Positions 52,701 to 64,000 of a stretch of 64,000 bases of DNA are shown here, one piece after another (the stretch's first letter is position 1; each line of letters opens with the position of its first letter). The position numbers and the translations under genes are program-made. Source of the DNA: Octopus bimaculoides (taxonomy: Eukaryota); contig NC_068982.1 of the NCBI RefSeq assembly GCF_001194135.2, positions 78,809,002 to 78,873,001 on the forward strand, read 5' to 3'. The notes below the pieces were generated by a model. The model saw only the letters and a list, made by a program, of their open reading frames with translations, was not told the DNA's origin and made no database searches.

Positions 52701-53714
52701 CCTGTTGTCTTTTGTTATGTATCTAGTTGAATGTGTGTGCTATTTTTGAAGGAGTATGTTATTTTCCTCTGCTTGGTGGTTTTGTTCATGGTTGCCTGGT
52801 ACACCCTTTATGCCACCCTCCCACTTGCATGCACAAATGTCCACTTATGTGTTTGTAATTCTGTGGCCTATTCAACTACCTTTCTATGTATTAAGAACAG
52901 ACATTTTTTTTTAAAACTAGACTGGACCTGTAAGAAGTGGCATTAAATTATTAATTCTGTGTATTAGCATTCAGTTGAACATATATAACAATAGGCTAAC
53001 TCCTAACTTGGTAAAACTTCCCCCATCACTCTCCCCTTGTTTTCATGTACTACATTCAGTTTTCATGTTTTCCTTTTTCTTTATACTTTTTCTTTCCCTT
53101 TTCATTTATTTGTCTTTGTGTGTGTGTGTGTATAAGTATATGTATGTATTTTGAAAAAAAATTATAATTAAGCATATATCTTATCCATATATTTCAATAT
53201 ATTTATGTCTTTACATGAACATTTTTAGAAAACAAAATAAAACTTGTCAGGATTAACATGTCTGTGCCAACGACCTTCACCTGAACAATCAGTATAATAG
53301 AATATATACGATTACGCTGATTAAGCACATAATGACTACCACCTCACTCACTCACCTTCCTCTGTCTGACCTCTCTTGGAGACTTTCCTCTCTCTTCATT
53401 TATGTTTCTGTTTACTACATCAACACACTACCTCTTCCTGCACTAAATTTCTGAGGAATTATCTTAGCGAATACTGTTTTAAGAAGCCAAAATAAGTAAA
53501 ACTCCAAAGTAAACAGTAGTCCCTATTGATAATATTGTTTTCACTTTATAGTCAATATTGAATCCTTTATTCAATGCATTTAAGTACACAGACCTATAAA
53601 ATCAGCAGTTATATAAGGTGCTATTTTAGCAACTAGTCTGTGAACAACACTGAAAGTTACGTTAAATTTGCTTGTATATGTGTGTGGGAGAGGGAGAGAG
53701 AGAGAGAGAGAGGA

Positions 53715-53850
53715 CTTGACTGAGCTAGAGCAATGAATACAGTACTTTGCAGTGTTTATTACAGCACTGTGAGTTCAAATCCTGCAATGGTCGACTTTAA
53801 CCTTCATCCTCTTGGGTTTGATAAAAGTATTAGTCAAGTTCTTGAGTTAA
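53715..53850 (+). mobile_element. Second SINE family (gagttcaaatcc..g.tcgactt..ccttcatcct..gg)
   Basis: B-box-like gagttcaaatcc. Related fragments at ~13870-13970, 21720-21800(-), 28420-28560, 39480-39560 and 41660-41735(-). Confidence 0.6.
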
Positions 53851-53985
53851 ACTACCCCCATTCGCCAAACTGTGTTCAGACTTGGAGAGGGATGGGTTCT
53901 GTCAGGCTTGAAATACTCAAGACATGTTGTATGTCACAGCAGTGTCTCTACAACTGTGAGAGTTAAAGAGTCTCCCCTGCCCACA

Positions 53986-54031
<46 letters not shown>

Positions 54032-57000
54032 TGTCCCATAGGTCTTATAGACTCAACAACAGCTAATTATAATATTGTAGCTGAAATGGAACTAAGTTAC
54101 CATTTTCACATTGTTTGCCAGCATTAAAGTCATCCTGTATTGGTTAGTCTGTTTCACAGTCATCACCCTTTATCCTTAAACCTCTTGGTGACCTGTTATC
54201 AGTTCAGGTTTAAATGACCATATTATCTTTCTCTATTTGTTTGAGGTTGTTGTTGTTTAGCCTTAGTCCATCTCTGGTTGAGCAGAGATGGCCTGGTGAT
54301 GACCTATGATCAAAACCATTGTAGCCATTATTATTTTGACCAACACCTTTCAGGTTTTTTGCCAGCTTCCTTGTTGGAGGTTTCTTGGGTGGTTTACCAA
54401 TAAAAGACCTACTAGTCCTAATGAATCACTTATTCTACTCACCAGGACATAACCAAACTGAAAGAATCAGCCAAAACAGGAAGTAATGGGAGGATTGTCA
54501 TCAGGTCTCTACAGGCACAGAGGCCACGGCCACCTGTGGTTACTTGATTCTGAATTTTGAGTTAGCAGCTTGGAGAGTTAGATCATCTAATACAATGTTA
54601 CAACAAGGACACATGAAAGGTAGATTGGTCAATAGAAGAAAGACATATAAAAGCCAATGCCTAGCTCTTGCTATACCAGACCTGGACACCATAATCATGC
54701 TACATTTCATTTTAGATGTATGTAGTTCTATATATTGTCTAGAATGTTGGAGCCTTTTTTAAAGGTTAGGTGTGATATGAAGGAGATTTAACCACTATTT
54801 CTTTCAGGTTGAATGGTCATTTATGAGTATCCCATGTTGGTTCAGTTATTCTTGTTGTTTGGCCCCAGGCCAGCTCCAGTTGAGCACATCAATGATCAGA
54901 GGATTTCATGCTATGGTCTTCCTGTTATACCAGAGTCTACATTGGTCCAGTGTATCCTTCTTTTTTGAGGTGACATTATTTGACTGCTACTTTTAGCAAA
55001 TTTAATGACCATATAGTGGCTCTGTCATTGGCTGGTGATGTTCCTTCCCCTATAGTATGTGGCTTTGTGCCAGTTTTACAAACTATCATCATCATGATTA
55101 TTATTATATTTTATAAAGATTGATGTAACTCTTCACAAAGGTAAATAGACAATAAGAAGAGCATGATGTGATTTGTGACAGATTGTTTATTTAATGATTT
55201 GAACAATGTTTCAACAAATTGTCTTCTCCAAGTTCAAAACGTATATTTGAACTTGAAGACAGACAATCTGTTGAAATATCGTTCAAACTCTTAAGAAGAC
55301 AGATGACCTGCTGAAATATCATTTAAACTGAAATAAACAATCTGTTAGAAAACATATTGCGCTTTTCTTATTGTCTCATCATCATCATCATCATCATCAT
55401 TATTATTATTATTATAAATAATTATTATTAATAGTGGGAGCCATGGAGATTTCAAGAGGAAGTCAGCATATTTGAATATCTACTTTCCATTCTGCCGATG
55501 TCTGTGTCTGTCTGTACTCATAATACTGGTAAACATTTAAACTTACTAACAAACAAACGAAAAAAAAAATGGCAGTGCCCCAGCATGGCCACAGCCTTTG
55601 GTCTGGAACACATAAAAGAGTAACACCTACAGCTATTTACCAACGAAGGTTATTTCACTTTAATTTAGCTATGTATAAATGTGTCTTTTAATGCTTTAAA
55701 TTCTTAGATCTTCATGATATTGTTTCATTATGTTAGACATTTTGACTGTCCTGTGATTTGAACAAATGCAGAATAATATAGACTTTCTCCCCCACTCCAC
55801 ACTTGTATTTCTATTCACTAATTCTACTATTTCCATTTCTCTCTTTGTCTTCCCTTCTCCCCCCTGTATATGTCTTTTTCCATTCAGATTATTACCTCCC
55901 TTGGTGTAACACACTGCTAAAACAATCAAACCACAAGGACAAGCAAAATAATATTGTATTAATAATAATCCTAACTCAATTTCCAAAGGCATTTTGTTCA
56001 GAGAAATCTGAACAGAACAGTTAATGTTGGCCAACAACAGACAACAGACGATGACAATAATGATAATATCAAATTTCTAATTTGAATTTTTTGATATCAG
56101 TTAATTTTTTATTTATTTCATTATTATTTTTTAATTGAAACCATCTCACCCCTGGTATTTCTCTTTTATGTCATTATTAATTGCAAGTATAACCAGTGCT
56201 AATGCTCATTATGAGATATATCCCACTTTTCCTCCATTTCAATAGAAGTGAGGTTAATGTCAACATCTCAGTTATAGTTTCAAAGTGTTGCTGACCCTAT
56301 TTTTAAAATGTTTTCCTGTATCATCACTTTGAATAAATCAATTTCTACTTTGGTTTACTAAAATGCCATATTGACTGCTTGTTTGGTTAACATTTGCTTT
56401 TGTCTCACTAAAGAAGATTTATCTGTTATGCACTCAATGTCATAAAATCAGAGATAAACACAAGCTAAAGACATATAAGACATTAATTAGCTGTATAGAG
56501 AGATGATGGAGAGAAATTGCACAGGACTTGAGAAATTTTTTATGAGTTCTCAGTTGCCAGCTAGTATACTGCTATTTATGGGTGATAAATCAAAGATACT
56601 TGAGCAACTTGCTTAAGGGTTTCCCAGTATAGTATAGTGATTAGGAAATGGAAGGATAATTGGAATCAAAGACTATGATCATTTAATAATTTTGTTGTTG
56701 TTACGTAAGAGGTATGTGGTTTCTAACTGAGAAGAAATGACTGGTTTTGATATCTGTTATTTTACCAATAGTATTATTAATGTAATTGAGTTGAATTTTG
56801 AATATTGAGATATTGGAAATAATTCAACACTGCCTGTGTTATCTAGTTTTAAGATAGTAGTCAGAATATTTTCTTTTAATGTATATGCTTTCAGTTATTT
56901 AGTCAGGTATTCTAAATATCTATATGCTAACTACTTGCCCTTTCACTCAGTATTTAATATTTGTACATATTTTATGGCTCACAACATACCCTGGTAAAAA

Positions 57001-59060
57001 CCTCTGATAAGATTTGTAGATGCTTCAGATCTACTCTAATGACTAACATGATGTTGCTACACTTATTAAGATAATGAAAGTGAGATTGTAATTAGTAACC
57101 AGAAAGTAAGCGAGAATTAAACTTACATTTTTGGCATAACAAGAAAAAGAGGTGAAGTAGAGCGGTGATAGAAAATGAAAACTGAAAATGTGTAAATCTA
57201 TGTGGATCTTTAAGTCTGATTGGTTGCCATAGAAAATTGTTCTTATGATAAAGCAGGATGTTTTTATGAAGTAAGTTGATTGATGTCTGGTGGGATGTAT
57301 GTTGGGCTGATCAATTTACCAAATAGGTAGAAGCCACTGAAGAAGAGAAAAAAACAAACAAACAAAAAACATTGCTATGTGTGGTATAAAGTTAAAGAAG
57401 CTTCCTGGGTAACTGTTGATAGATTTATTGCGGCTTACATAGTGAGCACATTCACAATGGCTGTCCATGAAAGCTGAGTCCTTTTTGCTTTGAAGTTTAG
57501 GATGGGGCAGGGAATGATGATTAAACTAGCATGATGTAGTGAAGGCGTGTTGCCTGGGGTGTTACACGCATGAATGTAACATTGTGGTTTTGATTTCCAG
57601 ACTGTATGGTATGTTGTGTTCTTGAGCAAAACATTTCATTTTCATGTTGTTTCAGTCCACTCAGTCATAAATGAGTAAACCTGCGACAGGCTGACACCCT
57701 ATTCAGTGGGGAAATGTTGTCATCTCAGTCACTTGAGCCTTAGGAGTTTCCAACGACTTGAGACAGTAATGTTGAGGGTTGATGATGATAATGATAATAT
57801 GATGTAGATAGTACAGGGGATCTTGATTATATTATTTTATTTGCTACCTCACATTCATGAGTTCAAACCTCACAAGGTTTTTATATGAAATAAGTAGTAG
57901 TGGTAATATACTTTGTTGGTTAAATCAGTAATAATTCTGTAAATAATTATCATTTAACAATGGAAAGTGTGTTGTCCTTATGCAAACCCATTTTTGCCTC
58001 TGAGAAGAGGTGGTCCATATAAGTCTAGCCACTATCCTTGGACCTGTCCAGCATGAGAGGCCCTACCAAGAGATTGTGCTCGGCTGGCATAACTCTTGGT
58101 TATTGAGACACACAAGCCACCTTACAACTAGGAGTGGACTGAATATATTGAGAGATTTTTTCTATGGTTTGATACTTTACCTGTCACTAGTGGTCACCTG
58201 TTTCTCATCAAAATCATATTTCTCCTTGGCCAACTGTTTTTCATGGATTATTGGAATGGAACAACATCATTTCTCTGATGGTGATGCTTTTCTACAGCCA
58301 TAAAGTGATGTCAGGCCAAGAGTGTACACAAACACAAGTGCTCATACACACATACATTTGTGTGTACATGTATATGTGTGTGTGCACATATATTTATGTA
58401 TGTGTGTGCATAAACACACACACACACATGATGGGCTTCCAAAAATATAATTTTTAGTAAAAAGGGTCATGTAATGTTTGGGTGACCCAAAATATGTATG
58501 ATACCTGTATAAAAAATGAAGTTCTTTATGGGTAACATAGAGACCTGACAAAGGGTTGACAGGGAGATGATGAACATGTATTGTAAATTCAGTTAATACT
58601 ATGAATCCTTATGTAAAAGAACTTTAGTGTGATAGTTTTATTGTTAGAAACTTGAAGCATAAACAAATCTGAATGGATTAATTAGTTATTCTTGGGAGAA
58701 TGGAACAAGTATTAAAAGAAAAGTGGGATTAATTGCATAGAAGTCAGTTTAAAATTCAGTTTGTTAGTTTATTCTAGTATATAATATAGATCATCCTGTT
58801 TGGAAAGAATGAAGAAACAAACATAAGCGTATTTGTTTCAGTAGTGTTTGCTAATTTATTGTTCAATATTTATATATTTTATATGATTAATTGATAACTA
58901 ATATAAATGTTGGTTGTTTGGTTGGTTTCGCCAGTCATGTTTTACATCATAAAGATGGAGAGAGTAAACGAAAGTTACAGACACAATCAACATGAGAGGT
59001 GCAGGATAAATGCACCTGCTAGCCTTGGTAGCAAGCAAGGAGTAAAGGAATGCTGCACAC

Positions 59061-59195
<135 letters not shown>

Positions 59196-62100
59196 GTGCG
59201 TTCTGAAAATGAGTATTCATTTCATCATTTTGTATAAATATCAAGAAATTTGATAAAAAGCTAACTTGTAATTATGTCAATTTCCTGATATTTCCCATTG
59301 CAGCAAAAGTATACTTCCAAAGTTGCCCATCATATGGTGACTTATACTCTATAACTTTTATAAAAATTTAGGAGTTGGATTCATAATTTGAACGTTAAAA
59401 ATTTGCACTTATTTCCACATATTAATTAATCTTGTAAATATTATGAATTCAGACCAGTTTCAGGTAATTTCCCTCATTATTCTTCTTGTAATATTCCTCA
59501 TAACTCAATCATCCAATGAAAAAATATTTTTCTTAAACGTCTGTTTTTCCATGAATGAGGTTATATTGAAATATTATTTTTAATTCACATTGATTGTATA
59601 ATATTGAATTAGCTTAGTCTTTTCATTGTTTTTTTGTAATCTTATACTTAATCTTGATGCCATCAGTTCTTTTTGATTCCCCTTCCCCAAAATAATTCAG
59701 TTAATGTTTGTAGAATAATCAGTACAAATTGATGTTGCAGGAAAACAAAGAGGTTTTTTCTATATAATGTTGGTGACTTGATTTCAAATTTACATTCATA
59801 ATTTTTCCATCACATTCAAGTTTTGTGAAATCACATTCTTGTTACTTTGTGTCTGCATTGAAATCTGTACATAGTCTTGTTTTTTTATCCCCCTTGACAA
59901 AGTAGCCATATCATGTGACATAGCTTAATTACCATTTAATATCTTGAATGGTGTCATCACATAACTTAACTTGTGTAAATGTCCCAGGGATTTTCTGCTG
60001 TTAGTAGACAATATATACCAAAGGAACATATGAACAACATCATGGGTTAAAGCTGTCTTAGGTTGAAGAGTTATTGAGAGACTAACAAGAAGATACTATA
60101 TATTGCTTGTGCACTGCACAGAATTAACAGCTGTGTTCAGTAGTCAATGAAAAGTTAATGTGATATGATGCCCTTCCTAACATAAAATAGTTGGCATTAG
60201 GAAGGGCATCAAGTTGTAAAAACCCTGCCAAAGCTGCCATGTATGTTACAGCCCTTCAGCTTACTAGATTCTGTCAAACCGTCCAACACATACTAGCATG
60301 GAAAATGGACATCAAATTATGTTGATGATTTGGTATGGTGTGAACCTACAATTCATTTTTGTAACTTAATTTTGTAATCCAAGCATATGGTTGGTTTTGC
60401 ATAGAAAAATAAAATCAAAGATCAGTTGCCCAAACAGCTTATCAGTCTTAAAACTAGTACCAAATGATTAAACAAGTCTGCTGCCAGTTCTGCCAACAAA
60501 TTCAGCTAGTGATATGGAAACAAAAAAAAAATAGCCTCTATATTTCAGATGTTGGTAGTTCCTTACTAGGGTTAAATGACTTGATGCAGGATTTGGAATT
60601 AACAAAAGTAAAAGCCAGAGCTGCTTGATTCTAGTTTTCAACTGTGACAGTTTCTTCATCCAAACACCACCATTTCCTATTTTCACCACCCTCATTTCAA
60701 GTATTCTCTGTTTTACTTAAAATTCAAAGGCATTGCTTTTTGCAGGGGTACCGATAATATCAGTGGCCTGATGCAAAAGATTTGCTGTAACTATTGATCC
60801 TAAAAGTAGAGACTTTTCTTTGCACTGAAAGACAGCTCTAAGTGAAACTTGGAGCTGTCTTAATGCACAATGGTTTGTGAGAAAGACCTGCAATACCAGT
60901 AGCTTATTCTACTGGCATTAATGAAATAGGTTAAGTCATGGAAGTATTGTTTAAGTTCATCAAATTCAAGGAGCATATATAGAATATTATATACAAGGAG
61001 CATACATAGAATATTTGTGGTACCTTAAAAGTTCTAGCATTGCTTCCTGGTTTATACAACTTGTCTGTTGAATAGCAGAGATGATGATAAATCTCTATAA
61101 AAAAAAAAACAAAAACAAAAAAGTAGTTGGACATCTAGGAGTGAACAAGTTGTTGGTGGATATAACGTTTAACAACCCAGTATTGGTTAATTGTCTAAAA
61201 GTATATCTTCCATTATTCCACATTAAACTTGCTTTTTGAAGAGTATGGATTGTCAAGGCAATGGTTTTCAATAATTAAAAGACGAAGAAGATAGAAAGTT
61301 AGGAGCTGGAGTTTTTACTGGACTGTAGATCCATAGTGTCATTTATAACTCCTTGTTGCCAGATAGAACTAAATGCATCTTAATTTCCTTTGGGAACCAG
61401 AGCTGAAAACTACCATCAAATGTTGCAATTTGTCCATTCTCACCTTGACTTCTTCTGTACCACCCTGAGACTTGTATGTAACTATGAGCATGGTGAACAT
61501 TTCCTCAAGTTGATCTGTGTTATAGAAAGGAGATATCAAAAGAAATTCCAATTGAAATATGGTTGATGTTTATTGCTGGTTCCTTCAGAAAAAGAATTCT
61601 TCATCCTACTAAAGAGTCTACAGCAAAGTTTCACTTCTAACAAGGATTTTTATTTTGATAATAACTTAATGTGGACAGCGATGGTTGGGTGCAGGGGCAG
61701 GTAACTCTGCCAATGAGAAACACCAGCCTGTCCCAAGTCGGAAGGAGGAATAATAAATCCTGTTAGCATAATTTAGGTATGACTAACATGAAAAAAAAAA
61801 AAAAATGACATGGCACAGAAGTAATATTGTCTGTTTATATAGTAGGTACCAGGGACAAAAAATCAAAAAGACAGGAGATGGTCTTCGGTTATAAGCATCA
61901 TTGATTTAGTGGGAAATGGTACTTCTCATGTCTCCGTAACAGACAAAAAGTTGAAGTTTGTTGCATAGTGTTATCTATAAAAGTTGTGTGAAAATGATTG
62001 CTATTCATTGTAAATTTCTTGAAAATTCCATAGTAATCATCTTCTACATTTTGACTTATATTTGTATATGTGTGCACATGCATGAGACTATATACACCAC

Positions 62101-64000
62101 TTGAATAGCTTCTGCTAGTGTTTGGTTATCTTTATTCTAGTGAGGATTAGTATTATTATTATGAAGAGATTCTTTCCTCTTTAAAAGAATAAGTTTAATT
62201 AAGCAAGAATGATAATTGCATTTGTATACAAGTCTGCAAATACATCACATCTCCAGTTGCTATAATTTTGTCATTTGGAGGGATCTATCTTTCCTAGTTT
62301 TACTTTTGTATATGAGACCTTTTTTTGTCGGTACACTGCTCTTGTTCATTGAACAAATGTAGTTTTATGGTCATATCAATGCAATAATTTATCATGTAGC
62401 ATCACAGACCTCTACATATTCACTTGACTTGCTAGAAATAACTTATCAATTCCACCCTCAAACTACGCCACCCTACTGTCTTAGAATAGGACACATTTGA
62501 GTCTAGAATGCATTTTTTCCTGATCCTCAAAAAAGAAAGGATGCGATAGTCATAGCTGGAATACCTTTAATCATAGCCCTTCTTGATCATGTCTGACTTG
62601 GGGTTAAACAATGGCAATATTTTTTGCATTTGTTGCCACATTATAGAGAAACCCTTTGCTATTGAGAGAGGGGTATCATTATTCAGAACTTCTTCCATTC
62701 TTTTCTCTTTTACTGTAATTACTGCTATTCTTCCATTAGTGTTACCTCCAACACTCTTTTAAAACTTACTTTGATGTATAAAGACAAACAGGCAGGTTGT
62801 ATCAGAAAGAGAATTCCAAAATATAGTTTGAAGTTACGTACATAAAATATGTATAGAAAATGAAATTATGTAATTGAAGTTCTTCAATGTTTAAAGTGAT
62901 GTTCCAGAATCTTATTTTGCTGAGTTTCTCTTTTTTTGTGTGTGATGTTTCTCTGGGGTGGTGGGGACAAAACATTTGTACATTTACGTGTCATTGGAGG
63001 TCATTCGTGTTATTTTGAATTGTAACTATCTTTGATATCTTTCTTTCTTTCTTTTTTTTTTGTTTCTCTTTTTTTTCACTGAGCCTTGTCTTATAAGCAT
63101 TATAATTTTAACCTCTTTAGAAAAAATATATAGAAAATATTGATGTAGTTTCTATTCACACAAAGGTGAGAAGCAGATGTTTTATCAGCAAATATATAGT
63201 CATATTCTTTAGCTCATCATTCTTATGTGAACTTTTGAGATTAAAACAAATTCACAGTGCAAAAATATTTTGCAGGAAGTATTTTCTTCCTGAATGTACT
63301 AAAACTAATCTAGTTTGGGCTTTTCTACAATATATATTAAGTTACTTAATCTTGTTTTTTATTGAGCAGCAGGCTAATCATGTTTGTCTCTTAATTATAC
63401 CAACATGCTTCTTTTGTATGGTAATCAATTCTTGTTATTGCTTGGAATTATTCCTTTCAAGACATCACTTACAGCATTTTAAGCTCTTCACTTTGTTGGG
63501 GAAAGACACTTTCAGGATCTTTGTTTGTCAGTAAGCTCCATTTCTATCCCAGTACAAAAACAACATAAGCTGAAGCTGTATTCCTTCTTTGACATCATCT
63601 ATTCCCATACACATGCACACACAGTTCTTTACCTCTATCTAGGCCGTAGATTTGCTCATTTTTTTCAAGTAGTGTTACATGAAAAGAAAAGAAAAATACA
63701 AAACAAAAAAAAAAACAAAAAAAAAAACAATCTCTGATCATTCGTGAAATGTTTAGAGTTTCAGGACTATTATTAGTCGTCCTAGTGTAGTTTTTCAGAA
63801 CAGCTAATAATATTTTATTAATAGTCAACCAAGGAACTATTTTTAATATGGCTTTCACTCCTCTCTAACAAAACGTAATCTTTAAAGGTATACCTAGAAT
63901 GTGAAAGAAAGGGAATTAATTTTTTTTTTTTAAACTCTTGTTCAATTTTATCCTTTGACTTCTCTAATTTGAAACCAAAAATTATATCTATCATCCTTGT

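Overview
AT-rich eukaryotic genomic DNA, dense in (CA)n/(TA)n/(GAT)n microsatellites and broken by five N gaps. The repeat landscape (tRNA-headed SINEs with (GAT)n tails, many decayed Tc1/mariner elements, gaps next to microsatellites) resembles an octopod cephalopod short-read assembly. That assignment is my inference; no search was run. The only host gene I can support is a plus-strand casein kinase 1 gamma (CSNK1G/gilgamesh-like) gene. Three exons splice in frame with canonical AG/GT (6674-6844, 15625-15773, 25928-26029) and cover the end of the kinase domain and the start of the C-tail. A frame-preserving 36-nt candidate cassette exon lies at 20358-20393. The upstream kinase exons and the terminal Cys-rich exon were not found, so the whole window is probably inside this one gene. 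The rest is intronic. It holds six decayed Tc1/mariner elements (three DD37D/maT-type, one DD34D-type mariner, one DD41D-type with ~115-bp TIRs, one Tc1 DD34E-type), all antisense to the gene. It also holds hAT-like and TTAA/piggyBac-like MITEs, a fold-back MITE, RTE- and CR1-like LINE remnants, many SINEs and a ~20-unit minisatellite. I found no prokaryotic features, CRISPR arrays, rRNA or tRNA genes. Most short ORFs in the track are microsatellite, gap or chance ORFs. The best leads are regulated splicing of the CK1-gamma tail (microexon, possible poison or terminal exons), long intronic fold-back structures that could be RNA-editing substrates, and microsatellites growing out of transposon termini. 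I see no convincing wholly new biological system.
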